NCBI GenBank assembly: GCA_000708835.1
Contig: DF237073.1
Coordinates: 152,200 to 186,794 of the forward strand
Reading direction: 5' to 3'
DNA length: 34,595 nucleotides
Source of the DNA: Klebsormidium nitens
Lineage: Eukaryota; Plantae; Klebsormidiophyceae
In this document: one piece after another, positions 1 through 11,900 of the stretch
Position numbering within the stretch: the first letter of the stretch is position 1
Layout of the letters: each line of letters starts with the position of its first letter
Position numbers and translations under genes: made by a program
The notes under the pieces: generated by a model
Database searches by the model: none
The model's input: the letters and a program-made list of their open reading frames with translations, nothing else
Told to the model about the DNA's origin: nothing

Positions 1-354
1 ATACTAAGTTTTTTTAAGGCAATCAGGCAGACAACACGTATGCATGGACTGATGTATCTGCCCATGATGTAAATGCTTCCGGGGTGTCCCTCCGTCCTTG
101 AGTACGTACAAAGATAGCAAGGTCGAGGTTTTGCCGCTTCTTTGGACGCCTAGTACACCTAGCTCATGGTGGCCCGCCCCGCTAGCAAAACAATATGACT
201 CATGCTGCTCTCATCATAGAGCCTATATGAAACAAACAACGGGGTCCCAATCTCAGGAAACTATGTAGGTACATGTGATACTCCACCACCTTTTGTACTG
301 GTTCGCAAGGGAGTTGACGCATGACAGCAAATGGAGCAGCCGGAATCGATCAGG

Positions 355-2746
355 TCAAGTTCTTTCTCCGCCAACTGGTTGCGGACCTGCCTCTAACCTA
401 AGCATGCCCGCCTGCTGCTGTTGCTGCGTGTGTTGGACCCTATCCACCTTCAAAGACTCCAGATCACTACCGTTCGCCAGGCTATTAAACTCGAGCGACT
501 TCGAGGGGTCTGTAGGATACTTCCTTTGCGCGAACGTCATCAACCGCTTCACTGACTGCAAGTACTTCCGCGTCGTCTCGTCGTTCATGACGTGCGCAAT
601 TTTGGTGGCCGAAATCTTCTCGCGGGCAGACCGGTCGTGGATACCGATCGACGTCGCCCCAATGGGCCACGGCGCGTTCCCAATTGCGAGCTTCACGTAC
701 GCATCGCTCGCGAGCCGGTAGTCCCTCTCTCGGCAGAAGTTGATGATCTTCATAAGCGACCCCCGGATATCGTCCGGCAGCCGCTTCTTCCGGCACAGCC
801 GGAACATCGGCTCGAGGTACCGCTGGCACTGGTTCTGCGTCGCGATCAGCGACCGACCTTTGGACGTCCGGAGCTCCTTCTCCGGCATGTCGTCCAACTC
901 CTGGCCCCACTCCCGCAATAACCGCTTGAAATACACCAAAATCCGCTCCTCGTCGCTAAGCTCTTCCCACGCCGCTTTCATCAGCTTCGCGTCCTTCCCA
1001 CCGTCGGCTTCCGACACGCCCTCCCCCCCGCTCGCCTCGGCCCCGCTTGCGACCCCTTCCTTTGCCCCGTCCTTCACCGCTTTCTTCTTATCCAGCCCCC
1101 CTCCGTGCTTCTCCTTCCTGCGAATCTGGGCGATATCGTTCAGAAAGTCGTTCCGCTGACCCTTCATCAGCTCCTCGTCATCAGAGTCGTCCAGAAGCAC
1201 GCCGGCGCGCAGGAGCTCCTTGAAGCGCGCGACGCGGGCAGCGTCGTCCTCACCGAAGATGGTGACGGGCTGTTTGAGCAGCCGCAGCCGCCGGCGCACC
1301 TCGGCCGGCTCGAGGGCGTCCAGCTCCGCCTCGATCTGGGCCAGTTTGTCATCTGCGGGCGGAGAGCGCACGTTCTGAGTGATTGACCAAAGGGAGGAAT
1401 CCTGGTTACCGAGTATACTCATGAAACAATCAATTGCCCTCCACTGGGGGCAGAATTGGCAGGGGGGACCAAAAAGCAAGATTACCTACTTCACAAGCAT
1501 AAGGACTCAGTGCTTCGAACCTTCAGAAAAGCAACAACAGAAGAAAGTGGGCAGTTGGGCTAGAAAGAAGTTAAAGGAGATTTGAAGAGGCAGAACAAAT
1601 GTGCTGCATCTGAACCGAACAGAAACAAAGGCTGGCATTGTGGATCATCAACCAGGACAGAGGATCGATCTAATCAGGACACTTGTCGGAAGGAAAGATT
1701 CGACACCAGAAACGACTCCAGCTTCCAAGCAACTGGTCCTGGTGCAGCTCAGCCCCTTAGCTTCCTCTAGATCCAGTCTCGCTTGTTAGATTGAATCCTA
1801 CAGTTTTTATAGCGTGTGGCACGGGATAGAGACTCGCTGTATAAGACTGTCCTGGCAGGCACTTGTGGCTATGCAAGACCCAGTCATTGATCCTCCAAAT
1901 GCGGAGCCCAGACTTAGAGAGTGATGTAGAACAAATTTGATTGGCAAAGAAGGCAAAGATTGACGTTAATCGCAGCTTTTGAGATTGCCATTCCAATAAT
2001 CCCCGAACTGAACTGCACAGGTTAACCTTTGCGGACAAAAGTGGTGGTACAACTGGTCAACAAAGACATAGCTATGGCGCAACTGAACTGATCTCAGAAC
2101 CATAGCTTTATTCAGAGGATGCCGTGGAGTACGCCAGTGAGCCTTGGGGACCGAAACTCTGAATCACCTGTACGGCTACGGCTATAAACCCCATGAGGAT
2201 GTAGCCAGAAGCACCCTGACAAAAAAACGTGCTTGCCCACAAAGGCGACCTAAATTTTGTAGTAAAAACTTCAACTTCCTAAAGGGACGCAAAAGTTTGC
2301 CAACCTGTCTTAGAAAACCCCTCATAAACCGTGCAATGCTGACAGCAGATTGCAGACTACCGCCTGCAATGTGACGGCTGCGACCTAAATGCAAACCCTA
2401 ATCTGGGAAGTTGGAACCTTCGAAACCAACCCGTCACCACAGAAAGTAAAAAGACAGGAGCACGTAATGGCTCGCCAATTCACGCACAATTCTTGTGTAA
2501 CCTACCTGCTTTCGATTTTGTCGTGGCCTCCTGCTTTGCGGCCGCCGCCTCCTGTTTCTCTGCTTCCACCCCCTTGGCCCCCGTCTTGTCTTTCGCTGCC
2601 TTCTCGCGCCTCTCGTCTTCTTCCTCTTTCCGCAGCTTCTCTATCGACTTCTGTTCCAGCTCGCCCCGCCGCACAAACTTCCTACCACCAAAGTCCTCCT
2701 GTGCGGCCTTGCGCTTCCGCTCCAGCTCCTTCTTCAGAAAATCCAT
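355..2746 (-). CDS. PRP18: Pre-mRNA splicing factor 18 (second-step factor), ~412 aa; exons 2746-2506 and 1352-355
   Basis: Exon 1 reads MDFLKKELERKRK...GGRKFVRRGELEQK, like the plant Prp18 N-terminus. Exon 2 has the SFM/PRP4-like motif EVRRRLRLLKQPVTIFGEDDAARVARFK and the Prp18 core AYVKLAIGNAPWPIGATSIGIHDRSAREKI...HVMNDETTRKYLQSVKRLMTFAQRKYPTDPSK. Donor GCAG|GTAGGT (2505) and acceptor CCGCAG| (1353) are both phase 1; total 1239 nt = 413 codons. Extra small exons in the 1.15-kb intron cannot be excluded. Confidence 0.93.
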
Positions 2747-2810
2747 CGCATAAAAGCTCTCCAGATAAGCGTCGTGCATTCAGAAGCTGCAAACTCTAAA
2801 TCCTTTGAGC

Positions 2811-2834
2811 TCTTGATTGGGCGTGGTCACGTGC
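2811..2834. promoter_or_regulatory. Candidate CCAAT box (ATTGG 2816-2820) plus G-box (CACGTG 2828-2833) in the divergent PRP18/NFXL1 promoter
   Basis: Motifs are seen directly in the 639-bp head-to-head interval; function is not shown and short motifs occur by chance. Confidence 0.25.
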
Positions 2835-3385
2835 TAAAGCGCTAAGCTCGATTCTACCTGCAGCCAGAGCAACAAAGCTGCCGCCATGCAGTCCTGCATC
2901 GCTTTCCAAGCGTCCGTGGCCCCATGGTGCGTCACCACCCATCGACATTCCGACAAGTGTCAGTTAAAAGCCCGGTGGAATATCGACTAGCCGGGTTCCT
3001 TTGAGCGGACAGCTTGAAGTGCCTCCAAGAGGCTTCATCCCCGGGTAGAAACTTCTCGAAGCATCGAAAGCCAGGGTTGCGTTCCTCCGTTCAGCTTGTC
3101 CCTCGTGTCCCTCGTGTGCTGTGCTGCGCTGTGCAGCTAAGATTCGAGAATAGGCTTCCTTCCGAGTTGTCGCCTAGGCATCGAGCACTGTGCAGAAGAA
3201 GAATTCAGGCTTCTTTGGACCACCATTTTACTGATCAGGTTCTCGCAGACGCCAGGCTTCCCTCCTGCGCCTTCTGGCGCTGGTTAGAGCACGGGTAGTA
3301 GCGGTATAAGGTAGTGCGCCATCGAAGCGTGAATACGGGCCCGCTTGAATCGGATTACAACTTGTTGGTGGGCTTCAGCATCGAT

Positions 3386-6300
3386 ATGTCAAGCACCCCT
3401 GAAGCAGCAGAACAGAGTGGACCTTTCCGGGGGCGTGGGGGCAGGCAGGATGTGAGCCGGGGTAGTTTCGCAAGCAGGCCTCAGGCAAACCGGGGGCGCG
3501 GTGGAAGGGGGGGTCCAAGCCAGCAAGGGTCTTGGAGGAGCTCTGGGGCAGGCAGGGGGGAGGAAGAAAATAGGGGGGCAGAGCGGCGGGCAGAGGCTGA
3601 GGGTGGGGTGCTTGGAAGGCAGCCGCAGCATTACGCGCATGGAAGGGGGGGAGGTCGGCAGTCGGGGTTCCAGGGATTAAAGGATGGAAACGGTGAGCAG
3701 CGGGTCACTCGTCTTGGCCTCACTCTGATCGTCTAGACACACATGTCTTTTGCAAGTGTTTTGTCCTCTCCTTATGGTGGTGTTTTGAATCTCAGGGACT
3801 GAAAGGCTAAGGTGTGGTCTTTTCATCCAATCAACTTTTTTGCAACTGTTGCCTTATTCCATTAAAGTCGCTCTCATTGGAGAAAGCGGCTTTCTCTGGT
3901 TGAGCTTCATTCTGACGCCTCTTCATGACATGCAGGACACCCTGGTGCTTATGGTGGTGAAACTAGTTCTAGAAACACAAACAGGGGCAGAAACCCTTCA
4001 AGTTTGGACCGTCGGGAACCCTCTGACACCCATAACCAGCACCGGAAAGACCCAGTCGATGCCCCAACCCGCACGGATGGCCCACAAGCCCCCCGAACTC
4101 CGAACAGGGAGGAGCGACCCCCCCACTTTTCTGGCCGAGGGAGAGGTCACACCAGGGGAGGAGGTCGGCAGTCTGATCGGGGGGGCAGGTCTGGAGCGCA
4201 TGCTGAGGCCGCCACCTGGCGGCCGCTCGTTGGTGGGCCGGTTGAGAAGTGGAAGAATGTACCACAGTTGGTGCAGGAACTGGAGGAGAAGCTGGCGCGC
4301 GGGGAGGTTGAGTGCATGATATGCTATGAGCAGGTGAGACGTTTTCTCCTACGTTAGCCGTCCGCTTATAATGGGCTTGGGATAAGCTTGTATCTTCTGC
4401 TATCTGCAGGCCTGAGTCCTAAGCAGCAATTTTGGTTGGTCTAAGAAAACTATTTCAAATTCTGCTTTTCTGGTCGTGCCTCAGTTTTGCACGTGAGAGA
4501 CTTGGGAATGTCCTACTCTGGTTTGGGTGCCCTCCTCGTACCTTCCTCACTGCCATGTTGATTGTTGATTCCATGGTTTCTGCAGACAAAGCGGGTTTTT
4601 GGAGTTATTCTCGTGTTTTTGGAGTTCTTCTCGTGATCGTGCCACCATTATGGAACTCGTTAACCCATCAAAAGTCAGAGGTCCATTGAATGTCAGAGGT
4701 ATACTGTGCCCCGTATTCATTGTGCCCCAAGAAGACAAGCTGCATCTTTCTGTAGAATGTGACTTTTAAAGCCGCTTTTCTTTTGCCCCAATTGCAGGTC
4801 GCGCGCGCCAAGCCCGTGTGGTCCTGCTCCAGCTGCTTTGCCATCTTCCACCTCCCCTGCATCAAGCAGTGGGCGCGCGCCCCGTCCTCCTCCGCGGGCC
4901 CTGAACTCGCTTCTGCCAACCAACGACAAGCTGACACCTGGCGCTGCCCCGGCTGCCAATCCCAGCAAAGCACGAGCGTAGGCAACCTCCGGTACCGCTG
5001 CTTTTGTGGGGCGCGAAATAGTCCTCCCGACGATCCTTACCTGACCCCCCATTCGTGCGGGGAGCCGTGCGGTGCTTCCCTGGATCCGAAACGGGGGGGC
5101 GAGGTGCATTGCCCACACAGGTGTACGATGCAGTGCCACCCAGGTCCGCACCCCCCCTGCACGGCGATGGCGCCTCCTCAGAAGTGTTACTGCGGGAAAA
5201 CGACGCAGACGATGCGGTGCGGCGACCCGGAGCGGTCCAAGGGGCGGAGCTGCAGGGGTGTGTGTGGGAAGAGTTTGGCATGCGGGAGGCACAAGTGTGA
5301 GAAGAAGTGTCATGGGGGGGAGTGCGAACCGTGCGGCCAGGTGGTGGTTGGGAAGTGTTTCTGCGGGAAGAAGGAAGAGGCACTCGCGTGCGGGGAACTG
5401 AAGCAGGGGAGGCTTTCAGATGGGCTGTTTTCTTGTCAAGGCCAGTGTGGACACCGTCTCGATTGCGGGAAGCATGACTGCTCGAAGGTGTGTCACGAGG
5501 GGCCCTGCGGCGGGTGTGAATACGTCCCCGAACGGGTGTCAACGTGCCCCTGCGGGAAGAAGAGTCTGAGCCAGCTTGGGGCGGGCCAGAGGACAGAGTG
5601 CACGGATCCAATTCCTACGTGCGGGCAGGTCTGCGGGCGCCCGCTGCGGTGCGGCCACTTCTGCCAAGACACGTGCCACACGGGGGAGTGCTCCGCAAAG
5701 TGTACTGCGAAGGTTCGTCAGAGCTGCAGGTGCGGCGGCGAGTCGCGGACCGTCCCGTGCCACGTTGCGAACGGATCTGGGGGCGTGTTCGTCTGCACGC
5801 GGCCGTGCGGCCGTAAGAAGAGCTGCGGCCGGCACCGCTGCTCGGAAGTTTGTTGTCCGGGGGCGGTCGGCCATTCCGAAGCGCACCTCTGCACGCTGAC
5901 CTGCGGGAAGAAGCTCCAGTGCGGACACCACACGTGCGGGGAGTTATGTCACGCGGGGTACTGCCCCCCGTGCGTCAACAGCGGCTGGGAAGAGCTGCGG
6001 TGCGCATGCGGGAAGACGTCGATCCCGCCGCCGGTCCCGTGCGGCACCCCCCCGCCCGCGTGCCCGTTCCCGTGCAGCTTCGAACAGCCGTGCGGGCATG
6101 AAGCGACGCACTTGTGTCACACCGGTTCGCCGTGCCCGCCGTGCCAAGTTCCGGTGACGAAAGACTGCGCGGGGGGCCACGTCACGCTGCGAAATGTTCC
6201 CTGCGGTTCGAAGGATCTGAAGTGTACGCAGCCGTGCGGCCGGCTGCGCGAGTGCGGGGTGCATCAGTGCGCGAGGATGTGCCACGTGGCGCCCTGCAGC

Positions 6301-7716
6301 GAGGTAGAAGGGTCGGACGGGGTCCGGACCGGCATCTGGGGCCGGGAGAAGAAGCAGTCATGCGGGCAGCCGTGCAACGCCCACCGGAGGGAGTGCGCGC
6401 ACAGCTGTCAGGCGACCTGTCACCCAGGGGAGCCCTGCCCGGAGGTCGCCTGCAGAGAACCGGTCACCATTTTCTGCTCGTGCAGCAGACTCACAGCCCA
6501 GGTTCCATGCTGTTCGGGGGCCCCGGGGGGGCAGTCGCCGACCGAGAAAGCGGCAATCGTGAAGCTATCCTTTCCGCTGCAGCCGCTCCCGGGGGGAGTG
6601 TCCGTTCCGCTCGGGAAGCGCCAGCTGGCGTGCGACGAGGAGTGCCAACGGCTAGAGAAGAAACGGGTGCTCGCGTCGGCGTTCGGTGCGACCCCCCCAG
6701 GGGAGGGCGACAGCGCGGCGGCGGCGGAGGCCTTGCTGGAGATGCTGCGGCGGGAGCCGCAGTGGTTGGCCGCCGTGGAGTCGCGGCTGCAGGCGCTGGG
6801 ACAGGGCCTCAAGGGCGCCGTGCGGGCGCACGTGTTCCGGAACCTGCCCCCCGAGAGGAGAGAGATCATTCACCAGCTGGCGGAGCGGTGGGGCCTCGCG
6901 TCGCAGTCGGTGGGTCGGGAACCGAGGAGAGTGTTGGTCGTTTACGGGGTCGGGAAGGGGGGAAAGCAACAGGCGCCTCGGCCGCTGTCGCGTCAGCCGG
7001 TGGTCGAGGAGAGAAGCCTTTTGTTCAATGCAGAGTTGGACCTAGACTTCGGGTGCGTGCTGGAGTTTCGGGACTTGGCGCGGGAGACGAACCTCGCGTC
7101 GGCGCTACTGCGCTTCGCAGGCGAGTGCGAGCTTCTGTGGCTCAACGACCGGAACGCGCTGGTGATTTTCGGAGACGCAGGGCGGGCCGGGACGGCGCTC
7201 CGTTACTTGGACCATGCGACGGCGTACCGGGGGGCGGTCGCGCCTCCGGCGGTGACGAAACCGACCCCCCGGGGAGCGGATGGGGGGGCGAAAGTTGCCC
7301 GGCGAAGGGGGCAGGTGGAGAATTGGCACGACGACGCGTGGGGGGAGGACGAGGGCGCAGGGGGGGTGGGGAAAGCGAAGGCCGCGCCCGGGGCGTGGAA
7401 AGCGCGCGGCGAGGGGTTCAAGTTGAAGCAGGAGAACCTGTGGGATGCGCTCGGGGGAGAAGAGACCGGGGCGGCGAATATGAGAGCTTCGGCTGCGAAG
7501 GCCGACGATGGATGGACGCAAGTGCCCGCCAAGAGCAAGAAGGGGGGCGCAAAAGGGGGGCCGGTGAGTGAGGATTCGGGGGACAGCTTTATTGGGAGTG
7601 AGAGGGGGGTTTCCGCAGGAGCGCCGGGAGCGCAAAGGCCGCCGGAAATGCAGACCCCGCCGAAGGTGATTGATAAAGGGCAGGACATCGACGACTGGGA
7701 GCAGATGCTCGACTGA
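3386..7716 (+). CDS. NFXL1: NF-X1-type zinc finger protein (RING/PHD-like finger, NF-X1 repeats, R3H domain), ~1207 aa; exons 3386-3692, 3936-4333, 4798-7716
   Basis: Splicing joins VECMICYEQ|VARAKPVWSCSSCFAIFHLPCIKQWAR, the RING of NF-X1 proteins. Many CGxHxCxxxCHxGxCxxC repeats follow, then an R3H region (HVFRNLPPERREIIHQLAERWGLASQSVGREPRRVLVV) and a DDWEQMLD tail. Splice sites G|GTGAGC, TGCAG|, CAG|GTGAGA, TTGCAG| have phases 1 and 0; total 3624 nt = 1208 codons. Confidence 0.93.
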
Positions 7717-8936
7717 GGGTAGGAGATAAGCTTGGGCAAGTGAGCACCGAACGGTCCGAACTTCGCAAGATTGAAAAGCTGCTGGCATGTGAACGTCACA
7801 CGAAGTGCGAGAACCTTCTGGCTTGTCCTTTTCGTATACGTCCTCGATTCAACAGATGCGATGGTACCCGGCCCGGGGCAATCTTTCTATTATAGTGTCG
7901 GATTCGTGCGTATGTGCTTATAGAGCTAGCGATATAGAACGCGTGCCCACGCAATGCATTTTACGCATGCTCTCAGTGATTATTTAAAGATATAGCATGC
8001 ATGACGGTGCAGCATTTAATTTTGGAGCTCAGTAGAGCTGCGATCTGAATTGCGCATGATAAATCTAAAGCTCTAGCTCTACGGATCCCATGAGCTGTAC
8101 ATGGACGGTTGCACGCGAGAGCATTGAGTCGAATGCATATATATGTTGCGACATCGATCGGCGCCACACATGGGGGGGGGGCGTCAATCCGCATGACTTG
8201 AACTCGTGCACACATATGGGCGCGGCCGGCTTCAATAATAGAACACGCATTGTCAAACGTAAATACGTGGAAAAACTTGAAACCCAAAACGGCCCCCAGC
8301 TGCGCTAATTTTGGAGTCCCGTGTCATTCAGTCGGAAATTGCAAACAGTAAGGTCCTAAGCGTTTGAGGTGAAGGGATCGTGTTGCACGCACAGCGTACT
8401 ACGACGGAAGCACCCCATGAAACAACGACCAAAAAATGGAACCCGCGCAAGCTGCGCTCTCTCTGCAGGAATTGTATTCAGAGACAATCGGGAATGACCC
8501 TCGATGTGCAGATACTTGTGTGCATCGAACTGTGATAGTCTCGTCGGCACTTCGATCAGCCACCTGAAGTATATCATGTTTTTGAGCGTGACACTGACAT
8601 GTCTCGATCGCCGTTGTTCTCCAACAAAGGATCAGTCTCCGTCAAAACGTAAAATACACGATGACTTCAATGTACACGACAGTTTCAATCTGCGAATCAC
8701 ACCTTCGGGCTGTCTTCGACTTGGACGCTAAGGACTGATTGAGGGGTTTCTGATGCTGCAGGGAACTTCCTTCTGTACCTTCCTTCAACAACCAGGGCTG
8801 CACGGAAAGTACACAATCTGGTGCTCTACCCTTGACATATGGTGCGACTCAAGCTTCGACGTTGAGATAATGATCCTCTTTCAGGATCCGCGTGCCGCTG
8901 CATCTGCCTGGTTTTCCTCCGCGTCTGCAAGTCTCC

Positions 8937-11900
8937 CTAAATTTGTTGAAGTCCCTGTGAAGCAGGATCTGCAAAGGGCACAAACAATTCCATCAGAAAA
9001 CGAGTTCAGACAATTTCAGACAGAAGCATATCAAAGTTTAGAAAAGCATCCTTCCAGTACAACAAACCCGCCAGGATACCGAGTCTGCGTCTCTTGGGCG
9101 TCTCCCAAAAGCACAGCTTGCGTAGAACAAACCGAGGGGAGCAAAACATTTTAGCGCCAAGCGCCATCTTTCCGCGCTCCTCCTGGTACATAATCCCAGA
9201 GCTCCGCAATCTTCTTTGCGCGTACTCGCGCGCATAGTCACAGCTCAGGCTACGACCAAAAGAGCGGATACGAGCCAACCCACCGACCCCCACCTTTTAG
9301 CGCTCCTCCTGGTACTTCTATCCCAGCTCTTCACCTCGCTTTTTGCGTATGCGCCCGCATCTTCCCAACTTAATATCCAAACAACAGGAAAGGGCGACAA
9401 CTTACCGAGCCCCAGCTTCTTCCACTCCTCCCGACACTTCGTCTCGAGCTCCTCGACCTGCTCTGCGTCTGCGCACACGCATCCCGGCTTCGAATCCAAA
9501 AAACAGGGAAGAATGACGACTCACCAAGCCCCAGCTTCTTCCGCTCCTCCTGGTACTTGGTCTCGAGCTCCTCTATCTGCTTCGCGTGTATCTGCGCGAG
9601 CAGGCGGTCCTGCTCGGCGTGCCGCAGCTGCAGCAGCCGCCACTCCGCGCCGAACTCGAACTCGACCGTGTTGGGCTGCGACGCGTGCGCCACCGCGATC
9701 GCGTTGATCTGCGCAAAGGAGTGACGTCAGCAAGCGAAATCAGATTTCGTCATTGGATACTAGATGACGTGAACAGTGCGGCAGACGATCACGCCAAGTC
9801 CGCGCCGAACTCGAACTAACCCGTGACGGTGTACCACCACAATTGCGTTGACCGTAGCCAGTCAGCTGGAATCAGTGACGTCAGCGAGCATGTGTGAGAT
9901 CATTGGCCCGGCAACAGAACTCGTATTGAGCGACTTGAGCTGCGATGCATGCGCCACCACGTCACTAGAATGTAGTCATGGGAAAGTAGACCTAGTCTCC
10001 CTCTTGAAGTTGTTCGACTCTACTGTTTTGTATTTGTTTTTTACTGGGTACGATAGTGCTAGGTATAACAAGCTCGATCGAAGGAATGGTGGGGTTAGAT
10101 TGGGGGTTGGGGTGGGAATCTGAGTGCAGAGCGCACAATCTATCGGTTCGATTATTGATTTTTATTTATTTCGCAAACTGTTCTTATCCTACCTAGAAGT
10201 TATCCTACCTATGTTACGATAATATTTGGCGTGAACCCCCACCTTATCCTGGTAGTGGCTGTTGCTCTCGGGTCGTCCGATGCTGATGGGCCCCGCAAAC
10301 TTGTTCTTGATCTCCATAGGCTGGACCCGGCGGCCCAGGACCGGTCTGCACAGTTTCACAGTAAGCCATCAGCCTCCACTCCGATACTCATGAAGCCTTT
10401 CAGAGGAAATTTCTGTCCGGTTCATCGAAAGAAGGAGGTGTGTGGTCAATGGCACGTCGGACGGCCTTTTAGAAAAAAGAGTGCCCGTTCGGTTAAGGGA
10501 AGAGAAGAATCTGGTCAGGGCACGTCGCGAACAAAGCTGCTCGGACAGTGTAGCCGCAGCATAACCAGATGTATCAAGTACGACATAAAGTAGAGCGTAT
10601 CGAGCAGCCATTCAATTAAGCGTCCCTTTTCCCGTCCTCGACACAGGAAAAGACGCAGAGCTTAGCTTTTTATCGGAAGTTCTAGAACGGACTCGAAGCA
10701 CCGCCAGAGTTGGAGTTTTGGAACGGCGACGCCAACATCCATCTATGCCACAACATGCGGACAGGCTCGGGTCGTTCCGACCCGCCGCTTACCTCGGGGG
10801 ATCCCCCACGCAAATCAGGTACTTCCGGAGCTTCAGGGCCGCTGCCGCCGCGCTCTCTCGCATGTCAAATATGGCGAGCGCCGACGCTGCCACGTGGGGC
10901 TCCGCCCGGAGCGACGGCAGCACCTCCACGTCTTCCAGCCCGGGGAACACGCCGGCCAGGCTCCGCTGAAGGCGAAAGAGATGGCGCGATCAGGATCCGC
11001 AGCTCTCGGGAAGTGTCTGGTTGACGAGGATACATTTCGATGATGCGTTGGGCAGACTCTGCGTCGTCCAGCTCGGAGAACGTCCCAGCCAGGCTCCGCC
11101 GAGGAAAGAAAGTGAGCGCTTCATCTTTGGCGCAGTGAGGACCGCAGATTTCACCGAAATATACTGCCATCAGACGATGGACGTCATTAATACGTTGGGC
11201 AACCTGTTAGTCGTCCAGCCCGTAGGAAACACGCCGGCCAGGCTTCGCTGACGGGAGGAGGACTGATGCGCTGTGGCGCACATAACATCCGCATATCCTA
11301 CAACAGCAAGACGTTGACTAAAAGTTGATGCGGAACACGTGCGGGCCAGACTGTAGGTACTAGGAGTCCAAGCAAATCAAAAAGAGGGAGCAGTAGTTGC
11401 AGATTCGCCCTGGGAAACGGTGCTGGACGTAAAGGCACTGTTAAGTCAGTTATGTGGAGTCTGGCTTGGAAATTGAGACACAATTGCCATCGGAAAGTAA
11501 GCGGCAAGGCTCTGCTCGAGAGAAAGCATATGAAGCTTCGTGGGGTTCACGGTCCGGAAAAACTAGCGAAGCGAGATATGCGGGAAGAGATTCAGGAAGG
11601 TGTGACGGGGTCGCTTGTCTTAGGTTCTTTTGCAGTCAGCTCCTCTGCGATTCGACAACTTTTCTGGCTGAAATTGAAACGCAAGATAACGCTTACAAGA
11701 AGGAACCGAGAAGGCACGACAGCAAATAGGGGGTGAGCGCACCAGGAGCTGGCGGGGGCTGCTGCCGGGCGCGAGGTTGTCCAGCTGGAGCACCCGCTTC
11801 TGCTCCAGCTTCTCGAGCAGCGCACGGCGCTTCCGCTGCACGGAATGCGGACAAGCAAGTATTAGGGTCTTGAAGACTCTCAAGCTTTTGGGGTTTGAGG

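Noticed and set aside
4596-4636. 20-bp tandem duplication in NFXL1 intron 2; similar 12-bp duplication at 20762-20785 in kinesin intron 3
   Set aside because: Ordinary short slippage duplications with no apparent function.
4717-7799. Long alternative-frame and antisense ORFs over NFXL1 (e.g. 6114-7571 +, 4862-5611 -, 7105-7788 -)
   Set aside because: They are by-products of a GC-rich coding exon with few stops; the translations are low-complexity with no recognisable domains.
9485-9500. TTCGAATCC T-box-like motif suggesting a tRNA
   Set aside because: No cloverleaf, A-box or acceptor stem; it lies in a 56-nt intron.
9150-11260. Regularly spaced repeats superficially like a CRISPR array
   Set aside because: The context is eukaryotic and intronic, whole units (not only repeats) are homologous and derive from exon sequence, and there are no cas genes.
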